Positions 1 through 8,981 of a stretch of DNA of 18,055 nucleotides are shown piece by piece. Position 1 is the stretch's first letter. Every line of letters starts with the position of its first letter. The DNA is from a virus. The stretch lies in the UHGV virus genome UHGV-0106651. The stretch is one strand, 5' to 3'. The notes under the pieces are model-generated. The model worked only from the letters and a program-made list of their open reading frames with translations, was not told the DNA's origin and did no database searches. Both the position numbers and the translations under genes were made by a program.

Positions 1-49
1 CCGATCTCCATCGATGTTACTCACCGATCTCCTTCACGGTAATACGCAA

Positions 50-340
50 TCAGTCAGCGCCCTGCGCAGGCTGTCGGGTTTGAGCATCGTTTTCGTCCTG
101 ACAGTGTTTAATCATTTTTACCTGGCTGGCACAGCGTGCCAGCGCGTTCTCAAGCTGCCGGATATCGGCACTTAAATCGCCGTTCGTCTGCGGGTCACTG
201 CCCGGCATCGGGCAAAGGCTCACTTTCGGGCAGGCGTTGGCGACAATCACTGGCGTCAGTGCAGGCGGGGCGCTGGTGCAACCGGCGCACAGCATCAGGC
301 AGGTCAGCACCGTACCAGCGGCGAAAATCTTCGTTTTCAT
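50..340 (-). CDS. lysC: LysC (Rz1-like outer-membrane spanin lipoprotein), nested in an alternate frame inside lysB
   Basis: Internal ATG at 338-340 (reverse complement) in the 50..457 ORF gives a 96-aa product starting MKTKIFAAGTVLTCLMLCAGC, a lipoprotein signal with lipobox LCAGC. It lies wholly within the lysB reading frame, as for Rz/Rz1 pairs. Confidence 0.75.
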   Translation of the reverse strand: MKTKIFAAGTVLTCLMLCAGCTSAPPALTPVIVANACPKVSLCPMPGSDPQTNGDLSADIRQLENALARCASQVKMIKHCQDENDAQTRQPAQGAD

Positions 341-620
341 TAAGTAACCTCGTGATGGTTTTCTCGCGCTGAGCTTCACGCTTTGCGGCGTTCTCCAGTT
401 CCTGACGCAGTGCCACCTGCGCCAGCTCGTTTTTGTCTGCCCTGGTGAGGGCAACATGAAGCTGGTTTTTCAGCATGGTGATGGTCGTCTGCTGTTCACT
501 GGCGACGTTGTTCGCCCTGTCCAGCGAGGCGCGCAGGCTGGCATTTTTGTGTTTCACCAGATACAGACCGGCCACCGCCAGCGATAACAACACAACCAGC
601 ACAATCATCAGTTTTGACAT
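195..620 (-). CDS. lysB: LysB (Rz-like inner-membrane spanin), 141 aa
   Basis: N-terminal transmembrane segment (MSKLMIVLVVLLSLAVAGLYLV) followed by a charged coiled-coil-like region. Same length and position as P2 lysB, directly downstream of lysA. Confidence 0.8.
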   Translation of the reverse strand: MSKLMIVLVVLLSLAVAGLYLVKHKNASLRASLDRANNVASEQQTTITMLKNQLHVALTRADKNELAQVALRQELENAAKREAQREKTITRLLNENEDFRRWYGADLPDAVRRLHQRPACTDASDCRQRLPESEPLPDAGQ

Positions 621-1033
621 GGTTCCCGCCCCTCAAGACGCTGACGACAGGCTTTACGTATCAGCCGGAAAAACAGCGACGCCACGAGATAAATCAGTGC
701 AGTAAAAATCCACCCGGCGGCAACCAGCGAGATAAACGTCGCCACCATCACCACCAGAGCCGCCGCCCGTCTGCGCCACGGCACCGGCTGCAAAAACAGC
801 GACGTGACAATCTTCACGGCCAGCGATTCCGGCGGCAGCTCCCGCCCGTAGCGTTCAAGTACATACTCAGTGGCATACACGCCGACACCACCGGCAACCA
901 CACAGATAACTGTCGCCAGAATCGCCCAGGCGGCGACAAAATTGACGGCCACGCTCTGCGGGTAAATCAGGGACAGTGCCAGCATCAGCGCCAGCGACAC
1001 GTTCAGCATCAGTGAAAGGGATAATTTCTTCAT
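608..1033 (-). CDS. lysA: LysA, membrane protein of the lysis cassette (141 aa)
   Basis: Strongly hydrophobic 141-aa product with several predicted transmembrane segments, positioned between K and lysB as in P2. Confidence 0.8.
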   Translation of the reverse strand: MKKLSLSLMLNVSLALMLALSLIYPQSVAVNFVAAWAILATVICVVAGGVGVYATEYVLERYGRELPPESLAVKIVTSLFLQPVPWRRRAAALVVMVATFISLVAAGWIFTALIYLVASLFFRLIRKACRQRLEGREPCQN

Positions 1034-1047
1034 GGTGTTTACTCCGT

Positions 1048-1545
1048 TTAAGCCGGTACGCCGCCAGCGGTACGCCAGACGGTGACCAGTTTTTCCAGTG
1101 AATGCTCACGCTGACCGTAACCGGCTCCCGGCAGGGACGCCCAGATATTGCGACAGCGTGAAATGGCGCGCTCAATGCGTCCCTCCCGGATGTCATCCAG
1201 TGCACCGCGTTCGCGGATCAACTGAATTGCGAGTCTGTCCTGTGACAACGGACTGAAATCCGGCAGGGCAAGCTGTTTGCGGTAATGCGGCCAGAACAGG
1301 TAAAGCTGCTGATAGCGACCGGAGGCCGTGGATTTTTCACCGCGACGGTTAAACACCTTCGCCGGTCGGCCATACGCGAACGGGTGGTCACTGTAGTCGG
1401 TGAAAATTTCCGGCTTCCCGTCCAGTCCGGTGACTATCACGTCATAGCCCCGGTTTTTCGTCAGCGGATGATTCGCCGTCCCTTCGGACACGGCCAGCAT
1501 GTCGAGAAAGGCGGCGATATTCTGATGTGTGTTAATTACCGGCAT
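1048..1545 (-). CDS. K: Endolysin (phage lysozyme), gpK, 165 aa
   Basis: 165-aa ORF starting MPVINTHQNIAAFLDMLAVSEGT, matching remembered P2 gpK in length and in position after the holin. Confidence 0.85.
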   Translation of the reverse strand: MPVINTHQNIAAFLDMLAVSEGTANHPLTKNRGYDVIVTGLDGKPEIFTDYSDHPFAYGRPAKVFNRRGEKSTASGRYQQLYLFWPHYRKQLALPDFSPLSQDRLAIQLIRERGALDDIREGRIERAISRCRNIWASLPGAGYGQREHSLEKLVTVWRTAGGVPA

Positions 1546-1826
1546 TACGGTTTCCCCCTGCCCTTAAAGCGGCGCTGAATGGCAATCTCAATCACCTGAT
1601 AACCGGCGATACCCAGCATGGAGCCAATGCCGCACACCGCAGGCAGTGACAGGTCAGGAAACTGCACCAGAACAACACCGGCAACCATCGAGACAAAACC
1701 ACCAAGCAACATGCGCCCGATAAACAGACGCGGGGTGATGGGTTCACCACCGGCAAGCACCTTGCCGACAACAATCAGCACCCCAATCATGAAAAGCGAC
1801 AGGACGCTTTTTTCTTCTGCTGTCAT
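1545..1826 (-). CDS. Y: Holin gpY, 93 aa
   Basis: Small membrane protein with two to three hydrophobic helices and a charged C-terminus (RRFKGRGKP). Its stop overlaps the K start. Confidence 0.85.
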   Translation of the reverse strand: MTAEEKSVLSLFMIGVLIVVGKVLAGGEPITPRLFIGRMLLGGFVSMVAGVVLVQFPDLSLPAVCGIGSMLGIAGYQVIEIAIQRRFKGRGKP

Positions 1827-1829
1827 GCG

Positions 1830-2033
1830 TTACTCCCACAGATTGACAGTTTCAGCCACGGGCGCGGTCTGAACGTCGGGCAGTTCGACGGCGGTGCCGT
1901 GTGGCAGCACCGCACCCAGTTCAGCCAGTCCCGGATTTGCGGCGAGCACGGTCTCAACCACGCCCTCAGTGCGCCCGTAATACCGGACACAAATGGCGTC
2001 GAGCGTGTCGCCCTGTAGCGCAAAGGTCTTCAT
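1830..2033 (-). CDS. X: Tail protein X (LysM-like), 67 aa
   Basis: Internal ATG at 2031-2033 (reverse complement) gives MKTFALQGDTLDAICVRYYG..., a 67-aa product. Its start overlaps the L stop (TGATG). Confidence 0.8.
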   Translation of the reverse strand: MKTFALQGDTLDAICVRYYGRTEGVVETVLAANPGLAELGAVLPHGTAVELPDVQTAPVAETVNLWE

Positions 2034-2542
2034 CAGATTTGACTCACGATGCAGCGCGGCTTGTCCTGGATGCGCGCCACCGCCCAGCGCATATCCCGCC
2101 ACAGCTCATCAATGGTGCTGTCAATGCTGTCGGCCTTCTTGTCGCCCTTGGCACTGGCATCCACGCCGCGGTAACGCTCATAAAGCGACGCGGTCGCCAT
2201 CGCACACACAGCGCGCTCGTAGTAAAAAACTTTGATGCTTTCACCGTCGATGTCGTCCGCCGGAACGTCCGCCAGACGCGTAAAACCGGCGGCAATTTTC
2301 TGTTCGCGGTACTCGTACAGCTCCGCATTTGTTTCAGCCATGCCTGACTTGATGGCCTCACGCAGACGGGCGGGGGCGACGGTCTGCTCAAGGCGCATAC
2401 GTTCCCGGACGCGCTTCGGGTCGATATCGGGAAAAAAGAACGTGTTTTTAATCACCGGCTCGTCGCCTGCCGGTTGCGGGATGACCACCGTACCCTCACC
2501 GGACACGGGAGCCTCCTTTCGCGGAATAATCAGCGTCATCAT
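2033..2542 (-). CDS. L: Head completion/stabilisation protein gpL, about 169 aa
   Basis: Start placed at the ATG giving MMTLIIPRKEAP, as remembered for P2 gpL. The longer 189-aa track ORF has an N-terminal extension with no matching signal. Confidence 0.8.
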   Translation of the reverse strand: MMTLIIPRKEAPVSGEGTVVIPQPAGDEPVIKNTFFFPDIDPKRVRERMRLEQTVAPARLREAIKSGMAETNAELYEYREQKIAAGFTRLADVPADDIDGESIKVFYYERAVCAMATASLYERYRGVDASAKGDKKADSIDSTIDELWRDMRWAVARIQDKPRCIVSQI

Positions 2543-2641
2543 GACTACCTCTGAAAAGTCGGGCGGTGGACGCCGGTGCAGTGTCAGGTGACTCACCCTC
2601 ACTGACCGACGTGCCGCCCTGGCGCGGGGCGCATTCGGTTG

Positions 2642-3385
2642 TTAACTGGCTTTCTTTTTCGGGCGTCCACGTTTTGCCGGTGTCACGCTCCGGGTCTTAC
2701 GCGGGGTACGGGTGGCCGCTTTTGGCTGCGGCTCCGGCTTCGGTTTCAGCTCCCGCTCCAGTCGTTCAATCTCTTTTTTGACGCCTGCCTGACAGTCGAG
2801 CTGTGTCGCACGTTGCAGGTGCGCCAGCGCACCGGCGGCATCACCACCGTCACGCAGAAACAGACCGGTGATTTTGTGCAGCTTTGCGCGCACTTCATCA
2901 GGCATGTCAGCAGCGGCAGTCAGTTCAAGGGTCTCCGTCAGCAGGCGGGTATCCACAGACTCACCGGCAGCGTGGGCACGCATGGCCGCAAGCGCGACCT
3001 CCTCGGTGAACATGTACGGCGGGGTGCGGCGGTGTTTACCCGGCATGGTCAGACCGTACTTCAGGGCATAACGGGCAATCTCCAGCGCACCGGCAATATC
3101 GCCGGTATCCAGACGCCACAGCATGACCGTCATCAGAATGTCATCCTGTGCACCTTTGCCCTGCTCCAGCACGCCGTTCACCCACGGCAACCAGAACGGC
3201 AGCAGTTCGCGTTTTTTCGCGGCCTTCAGCTCTTTTGAATAAATCGCTTTCAGTGTGCGCTGGTCTGCGGCGAGCTTAACCAGCATCTGCTCATAGACAG
3301 TTGCATGTCGCAGCGGGGCGGCTTCCCGCTGCGCGGTCATCGCTGCCGAGACCCGCATCATGTGGCGCTGTGCGGGACTCGTCAT
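2642..3385 (-). CDS. M: Terminase small (endonuclease) subunit gpM, 247 aa
   Basis: 247-aa product with a basic C-terminal tail (PKKKAS), in the P2 gpM position after N. Confidence 0.85.
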   Translation of the reverse strand: MTSPAQRHMMRVSAAMTAQREAAPLRHATVYEQMLVKLAADQRTLKAIYSKELKAAKKRELLPFWLPWVNGVLEQGKGAQDDILMTVMLWRLDTGDIAGALEIARYALKYGLTMPGKHRRTPPYMFTEEVALAAMRAHAAGESVDTRLLTETLELTAAADMPDEVRAKLHKITGLFLRDGGDAAGALAHLQRATQLDCQAGVKKEIERLERELKPKPEPQPKAATRTPRKTRSVTPAKRGRPKKKAS

Positions 3386-3388
3386 CGG

Positions 3389-4462
3389 TTACGCTCCCGG
3401 CTCTGCGGTCGCTTTAGCCGGTGTGGAGAAGTCACCGACCTTGATTTTTTCCACCAGACAACCGGCGGCGTAGTCTTCCACCACGTAATCAATGTTCATT
3501 GACTCGTAGTTCTCCACGCGGTCGAGTTTCGGGTTTTCCTCAATCACGCGGCGATGGCTGTCATCCATGTAGTAGATGGACAGGTTTTCCAGCTTCGTGA
3601 TGAGCATCGCATCCGCCGGGAAGTACGGGACGCGTACCGCCGGCAGATTACCGATGCGTTTCTGGCTGATGATGACGTCAGCGGCCAGCATTTCGCTGTT
3701 GTCCTGCTCTTTGTTAACGATGGGGAAATACTTGTCCGCCAGTAGCTGACGCCCCACAATCACCACAAGGTCAGGGTCTTCCTGATACCACGGCTCAATC
3801 AGGTTGTTGGTCGCATCCATCACCAGTGCATCAAGGCTGGCATAATCACCGCCCTTACCCACGCGGATAACCTCAGAGGTGGTGTGCCCTTCCTCGTCAG
3901 TGACCTTGCTCATCACGCGCGCCGGTGCTTCATTGCGGTATTTCTGCAGCCAGCCGACCGCCACATCCTGCAGCATCGGATTACTGCTGCGGTCAGAGGT
4001 TTCGGCACGCTTCACGCCGTTAAAACCGGCCATGATGAAATCAAGGGACTGGCGTTTGATAATGGCATTACGGATACGGAGCTGGAAATCCTGATAACGC
4101 GCCCACAGGTCCAGCGTTTTGTAGCGGATATAAAAATCGAAGTTAACCTGGTCGCATTCGTACTTGTTGGACGCCAGCTTCGAGAAGTCCTTCGGCTGAC
4201 GCTCGGTGCCACCGGCGGTGTCGGTGGTGCTGGCAATGGGGCCGGTGACACCGATACCAATTTTTTCCCCTTTCATTTCGCTGACCGGCACAATGTTGAT
4301 GCGGGTCAGAAAGTCAGAGGACTCCTGCATGGTGTTCATCAGGGTCTGGGTGACCGACGGTTCAACGGTGAATTTTTTCGACACATCACCGGCGTCGATG
4401 CCGTTCAGTTCGGCAACACGGGACAGGTAGGCATTAAATTTTAAACGGGTTTCCTGGCGCAT
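3389..4462 (-). CDS. N: Major capsid protein gpN, 357 aa
   Basis: 357-aa product starting MRQETRLKFNAYLSRVAELNG, the same length as P2 gpN, sitting between O and M. Confidence 0.9.
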   Translation of the reverse strand: MRQETRLKFNAYLSRVAELNGIDAGDVSKKFTVEPSVTQTLMNTMQESSDFLTRINIVPVSEMKGEKIGIGVTGPIASTTDTAGGTERQPKDFSKLASNKYECDQVNFDFYIRYKTLDLWARYQDFQLRIRNAIIKRQSLDFIMAGFNGVKRAETSDRSSNPMLQDVAVGWLQKYRNEAPARVMSKVTDEEGHTTSEVIRVGKGGDYASLDALVMDATNNLIEPWYQEDPDLVVIVGRQLLADKYFPIVNKEQDNSEMLAADVIISQKRIGNLPAVRVPYFPADAMLITKLENLSIYYMDDSHRRVIEENPKLDRVENYESMNIDYVVEDYAAGCLVEKIKVGDFSTPAKATAEPGA

Positions 4463-4520
4463 ATTTGTTCCTGAAATTAAGGGTTAATCGTGAAGGTTTT
4501 CCCGGACTGACTGACGCCGG

Positions 4521-5375
4521 TCAGCAGTTCGTCATCAGGGCGTCTCCGCCACCGCCGGTGGCCTTGCTGCGGCGCTGCTGGGTCAGACTTTCGGTGTGGT
4601 CGAGACTGTTTTTCAGGCGGGTGAATGCCTGGCTGGTTTCATCCGCCCTGTCAGTCACCTCCTGCTTAAGTGCGGAAAAGGCGTTTTCCATCTCAGCGAG
4701 GCGCTGCTCAGTGGCGCTCAGTTTTTCCTGCACATGTTCAGCAACAGCGGTCACCGCTTCATGCACGTCATTCAGACGGGCGTCATCGCTGGCCTGTTTG
4801 CGGCCAAAAATGGATTTCACCTTTTCGGTCAGGGCGGTGAACACGGTTTCAGGCAGGTCTTCAAATTCCAGCTCAACGGGCGTTGCCACTGAAATCAGGT
4901 TTTCAGGGCTTAATTTGAAGCGGTTCAGGGGGTTGTGTTTTGCCGTGCGGCAGAATTCCAGATATTCCGTGCCGAGGCTTGCCGGGTCATCGGTGACGGC
5001 CAGCCCCACCAGATAACATTTGCCGGTGTTGGCAAAGTTCGGCTGAATCTCCATTGAGGTGTAGACCTTCTGCGCGGCCTTGTTCATCGCGATAAGGTCA
5101 TCGGTCGGGGTGATTTTCGCAAACAGCGCCCATTTGCCTTTCAGCGCCGAATCATCGTCAATCTTTTCGGCCTTCAGTTCAGCCACATCACCATAACGCT
5201 TAAAAATACCGTCAGGCAGGATGCCGCGCAGATGTTCCAGGTTAATACGGCAACCATAGACACGCGGGTCAAAGGTTTCGGCCATTTCCTGAATATCCTG
5301 CGCACTGATGACACGCCCGTCACAGGTGTCACCCTCAACGCCGATACGAAAGAATTTTGAGACTTTTTTTGCCAT
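4521..5375 (-). CDS. O: Capsid scaffolding protein gpO, 284 aa
   Basis: Start at the ATG giving MAKKVSKFFRIGVEG, preceded by an AGGA ribosome-binding site. The 284-aa length matches P2 gpO; the track ORF is extended by 22 codons upstream. Confidence 0.85.
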   Translation of the reverse strand: MAKKVSKFFRIGVEGDTCDGRVISAQDIQEMAETFDPRVYGCRINLEHLRGILPDGIFKRYGDVAELKAEKIDDDSALKGKWALFAKITPTDDLIAMNKAAQKVYTSMEIQPNFANTGKCYLVGLAVTDDPASLGTEYLEFCRTAKHNPLNRFKLSPENLISVATPVELEFEDLPETVFTALTEKVKSIFGRKQASDDARLNDVHEAVTAVAEHVQEKLSATEQRLAEMENAFSALKQEVTDRADETSQAFTRLKNSLDHTESLTQQRRSKATGGGGDALMTNC

Positions 5376-5548
5376 TGTCAGGAGTCCTGAATAGTGATTA
5401 GAGGAGTCACATGTCGGCATCAGTTTCCCGACGATGCGCATCCTCCGCCATCAGTCCCGGATGGCTTATCACTGACACAACAGCACCTTAGCGAATCGCG
5501 GGGCGCGACTCAGTAGCCTTGCCGTGTATTCATCACGGCGAGGTATTC
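5376..5548. promoter_or_regulatory. Divergent late-promoter region between O (minus) and P (plus)
   Basis: 173-bp intergenic spacer between divergently transcribed capsid and packaging operons, the position of the P_O and P_P late promoters in P2. Exact promoter and activator sites were not resolved by eye. Confidence 0.5.
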
Positions 5549-7321
5549 ATGACCATCACCACAGACACCACTCTTTTACACGACCCGCGTCGTCAGGCGG
5601 CGCTGCTGTACTGGCAGGGGTTTTCCGTGCCGCAGATTGCCGCCATGTTGCAGATGAAACGCCCGACGGTGCAGAGCTGGAAACAGCGCGACGGCTGGGA
5701 CAGCGTTGCTCCCATCAGCCGTGTCGAAATGAGTCTGGAAGCGCGGCTGACCCAGCTCATCATAAAACCGCAGAAAACAGGCGGTGACTTCAAGGAAATT
5801 GACCTGCTCGGACGCCAGATTGAACGACTGGCACGGGTAAACCGCTACAACCAGACCGGCAACGAGGCAGACCTTAATCCGAACATCGCTAACCGCAACA
5901 AAGGCGGGCGGCGCAAACCGAAAAAGAATTTTTTCAGCGACGAGGCTATCGAAAAGCTGGAGCAGATTTTCTTTGAGCAGTCTTTCGAATATCAGTTGCA
6001 CTGGTATCGCGCCGGGCTTGAGCACCGCATCCGCGATATCCTGAAATCCCGCCAGATTGGCGCGACGTTTTATTTTTCCCGCGAGGCGCTGCTGCGCGCC
6101 CTGAAAACCGGTCATAACCAGATTTTTCTGTCGGCCAGTAAAACGCAGGCGTATGTGTTCCGCGAATACATCATCGCCTTTGCCCGGCTGGTTGACGTTG
6201 ACCTGACCGGTGACCCGATTGTCCTGGGCAATAACGGCGCAAAACTGATTTTTCTCGGCACCAACTCCAACACCGCACAGAGCCATAACGGCGACCTGTA
6301 CGTCGACGAGATTTTCTGGATCCCGAATTTTCAGGTACTGCGTAAGGTGGCATCAGGTATGGCCTCACAGAGCCACCTGCGCTCGACCTATTTCTCCACC
6401 CCGTCCACGCTGGCGCACGACGCCTACCCGTTCTGGTCGGGTGAACTGTTTAACCGGGGACGCGCCAGCGCCGCCGAACGCGTGGAAATCGACGTCAGTC
6501 ATAACGCCCTTGCCGGTGGGCTTCTCTGTGCGGACGGCCAGTGGCGACAGATTGTCACCATTGAGGACGCCCTGAAAGGTGGCTGCACGCTGTTCGACAT
6601 TGAGCAGCTCAAACGCGAAAACAGCGCCGACGATTTTAAAAACCTGTTCATGTGTGAATTTGTTGACGACAAGGCGTCGGTGTTCCCGTTCGAGGAGCTG
6701 CAACGCTGCATGGTCGACACGCTGGAAGAATGGGAAGACTATGCACCCTTTGCCGCCAATCCGTTCGGCTCCCGCCCGGTATGGATTGGTTACGACCCGT
6801 CACACCGTGGCGACAGCGCCGGATGCGTGGTACTGGCACCGCCGGTGGTGGCCGGTGGCAAATTCAGAATACTTGAGCGTCACCAGTGGAAAGGCATGGA
6901 CTTTGCCACTCAGGCTGAATCCATCCGCAAACTCACCGAAAAATATAACGTTGAATACATCGGTATTGATGCCACCGGCCTCGGTGTCGGCGTGTTCCAG
7001 CTCGTGCGCTCGTTCTATCCCGCCGCGCGCGACATCCGCTACACGCCGGAAATGAAAACCGCAATGGTGCTCAAGGCAAAAGACGTTATCCGCCGTGGCT
7101 GTCTGGAATATGACGTCAGCGCCACCGACATCACCAGCTCGTTTATGGCTATCCGCAAGACCATGACCAGCAGTGGACGCAGCGCCACCTATGAGGCCAG
7201 CCGCAGCGAGGAAGCCAGCCACGCCGACCTCGCCTGGGCGACCATGCACGCCCTGTTAAATGAGCCACTCACCGCCGGTATCAGCACCCCGCTGACATCC
7301 ACCATTCTGGAGTTTTACTGA
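5549..7321 (+). CDS. P: Terminase large (ATPase) subunit gpP, 590 aa
   Basis: Start at ATG 5549 (MTITTDTTLL) with GAGGT ribosome-binding site 5 nt upstream. 590 aa; stop overlaps the Q start (TGATG). Confidence 0.9.
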   Translation: MTITTDTTLLHDPRRQAALLYWQGFSVPQIAAMLQMKRPTVQSWKQRDGWDSVAPISRVEMSLEARLTQLIIKPQKTGGDFKEIDLLGRQIERLARVNRYNQTGNEADLNPNIANRNKGGRRKPKKNFFSDEAIEKLEQIFFEQSFEYQLHWYRAGLEHRIRDILKSRQIGATFYFSREALLRALKTGHNQIFLSASKTQAYVFREYIIAFARLVDVDLTGDPIVLGNNGAKLIFLGTNSNTAQSHNGDLYVDEIFWIPNFQVLRKVASGMASQSHLRSTYFSTPSTLAHDAYPFWSGELFNRGRASAAERVEIDVSHNALAGGLLCADGQWRQIVTIEDALKGGCTLFDIEQLKRENSADDFKNLFMCEFVDDKASVFPFEELQRCMVDTLEEWEDYAPFAANPFGSRPVWIGYDPSHRGDSAGCVVLAPPVVAGGKFRILERHQWKGMDFATQAESIRKLTEKYNVEYIGIDATGLGVGVFQLVRSFYPAARDIRYTPEMKTAMVLKAKDVIRRGCLEYDVSATDITSSFMAIRKTMTSSGRSATYEASRSEEASHADLAWATMHALLNEPLTAGISTPLTSTILEFY

Positions 7322-8349
7322 TGAGCAAGAAAAAAGGGAAAACACCGCAACCTGCGGCAAAAACAATGACCGCCAGCACCCCGAAAATGGAGGCATTCAC
7401 CTTTGGTGAGCCGGTGCCGGTACTCGACCGCCGTGACATTCTGGATTACGTCGAATGCATCAGTAACGGCAGATGGTATGAGCCGCCGGTCAGCTTTACC
7501 GGGCTGGCAAAAAGCCTGCGTGCTGCCGTGCATCACAGCTCCCCGATTTACGTCAAACGTAATATTCTGGCTTCAACGTTTATCCCGCACCCGTGGCTTT
7601 CCCAGCAGGATTTCAGCCGCTTTGTGCTGGATTTTCTGGTGTTCGGTAATGCGTTTCTGGAAAAGCGTTACAGCACCACCGGTAAGGTCATCAGACTGGA
7701 AACCTCACCGGCAAAATATACCCGTCGTGGCGTGGAGGAGGATGTTTACTGGTGGGTGCCGTCCTTCAACGAGCCGACACCTTTTACGCCCGGCTCCGTG
7801 TTTCACCTGCTGGAGCCCGATATTAATCAGGAGCTGTACGGCCTGCCGGAATATCTCAGCGCCCTCAACTCTGCCTGGCTGAATGAGTCGGCCACGCTGT
7901 TCCGCCGCAAGTATTACGAAAACGGCGCTCATGCCGGATACATCATGTACGTCACTGATGCCGTGCAGGATCGCAACGATATCGAAATGCTCCGCGAAAA
8001 CATGGTGAAGTCGAAAGGCCGCAATAACTTTAAAAATCTGTTTCTCTATGCCCCACAGGGGAAAGCCGACGGCATTAAAATTATCCCGCTCAGTGAAGTG
8101 GCGACGAAGGACGATTTTTTTAATATCAAAAAAGCCAGCGCCGCTGACCTGCTGGACGCGCACCGCATCCCCTTTCAGTTGATGGGTGGCAAGCCGGAGA
8201 ACGTCGGGTCGCTGGGTGATATTGAGAAAGTGGCAAAGGTCTTTGTCCGCAATGAACTTATCCCGTTACAGGACAGGATCCGCGAGATAAACGGCTGGCT
8301 TAGCACAGAGGTTATTCAATTCAAAAATTACTCTTTAGACACCAATTAG
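7321..8349 (+). CDS. Q: Portal protein gpQ, 342 aa
   Basis: 342-aa product immediately downstream of P on the same strand, ending at the edge of the AT-rich cargo, as expected for the cos-proximal portal gene. Confidence 0.9.
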   Translation: MSKKKGKTPQPAAKTMTASTPKMEAFTFGEPVPVLDRRDILDYVECISNGRWYEPPVSFTGLAKSLRAAVHHSSPIYVKRNILASTFIPHPWLSQQDFSRFVLDFLVFGNAFLEKRYSTTGKVIRLETSPAKYTRRGVEEDVYWWVPSFNEPTPFTPGSVFHLLEPDINQELYGLPEYLSALNSAWLNESATLFRRKYYENGAHAGYIMYVTDAVQDRNDIEMLRENMVKSKGRNNFKNLFLYAPQGKADGIKIIPLSEVATKDDFFNIKKASAADLLDAHRIPFQLMGGKPENVGSLGDIEKVAKVFVRNELIPLQDRIREINGWLSTEVIQFKNYSLDTN

Positions 8350-8395
8350 CCCTAGTGATTATACGATAATTAGCCCTAGTATTATCTAGGGCTAA
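8346..8395. repeat. Three copies of TTAGCCCTAG (two direct, one inverted) forming a 10-bp perfect stem-loop; likely bidirectional terminator between convergent Q and the cargo operon
   Basis: TTAGCCCTAG at 8346-8355 (overlapping the Q stop codon) and 8370-8379; reverse complement CTAGGGCTAA at 8386-8395 with a 6-nt loop. A T-run follows on the plus strand at 8411-8417. Confidence 0.6.
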
Positions 8396-8408
8396 CAATT
8401 ATATAATT

Positions 8409-8981
8409 CTATTTTTTCATATTGTATATAACTTCGCAAACACCCGTCAGTGTTAATCGGCTATAATTTTCCAATGTAAACACAGGATAATCATAAAAAA
8501 CCTCAGGTTCTGGCAATGGCGAACGAACAGTTGTTCTTTTATTTGACTGCATCCTCCTCGACAATTTACTTATTACACCAATGTAACCCACCTTTCTTGA
8601 CAAATGCCCATGTAATTTCAATACAGAATATAGCCACTTACAAAAATGAATGCCAGTAACTATCTGTTTAGCGGCACGATTTGAGTTATAAGACTTAAGA
8701 TCTATTACGATAAAATAATCCATATCCCTGTACGACGTAACAAAAATCCCATCACAAACAGAGGATAGCCCAGTTAAGGTTGAAGATTTTAAAAATTTCC
8801 AAACTGGTTTAGATACACTAGTAGAATCTAACGAAAATCCATATACACCATTTCCATTCACCAATAATTTCTTATTAGCAGAACTGGGATTATCTTCGCA
8901 TATGACCCAACATGCCTGCTCCCGTGTTAATTGAAATGCAGGATCGATGCAATTCTGTATTACACTGATAATATTACTCAT
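8409..8981 (-). CDS. Hypothetical 190-aa protein, second gene of the cargo operon; possible small TOPRIM-like nuclease partner (speculative)
   Basis: ATG at 8979-8981 (reverse complement) overlaps the upstream ATPase stop by 8 nt (ATGAGTAA), indicating translational coupling. AT-rich. Contains WVICEDNPS and RDMDYFIVID, loosely resembling the TOPRIM glutamate and DxD motifs; no confident domain call. Confidence 0.6.
   Translation of the reverse strand: MSNIISVIQNCIDPAFQLTREQACWVICEDNPSSANKKLLVNGNGVYGFSLDSTSVSKPVWKFLKSSTLTGLSSVCDGIFVTSYRDMDYFIVIDLKSYNSNRAAKQIVTGIHFCKWLYSVLKLHGHLSRKVGYIGVISKLSRRMQSNKRTTVRSPLPEPEVFYDYPVFTLENYSRLTLTGVCEVIYNMKK

Noticed and set aside
1-49. Start of the next capsid gene downstream of lysC on the minus strand
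   Set aside because: Only a few codons would fall inside the window; too short to support a call.
2639-3238. 199-aa plus-strand ORF antisense to gene M
   Set aside because: It lies entirely within the well-supported minus-strand M gene and has an arginine- and glycine-rich, low-complexity translation typical of antisense frames in GC-rich DNA.
3884-4444. 186-aa plus-strand ORF antisense to gene N
   Set aside because: Overlaps the major capsid gene on the opposite strand; no independent support.
5576-6286. 236-aa minus-strand ORF antisense to gene P
   Set aside because: Fully embedded in the terminase large-subunit gene, with no start context and a biased composition; treated as a spurious antisense frame.
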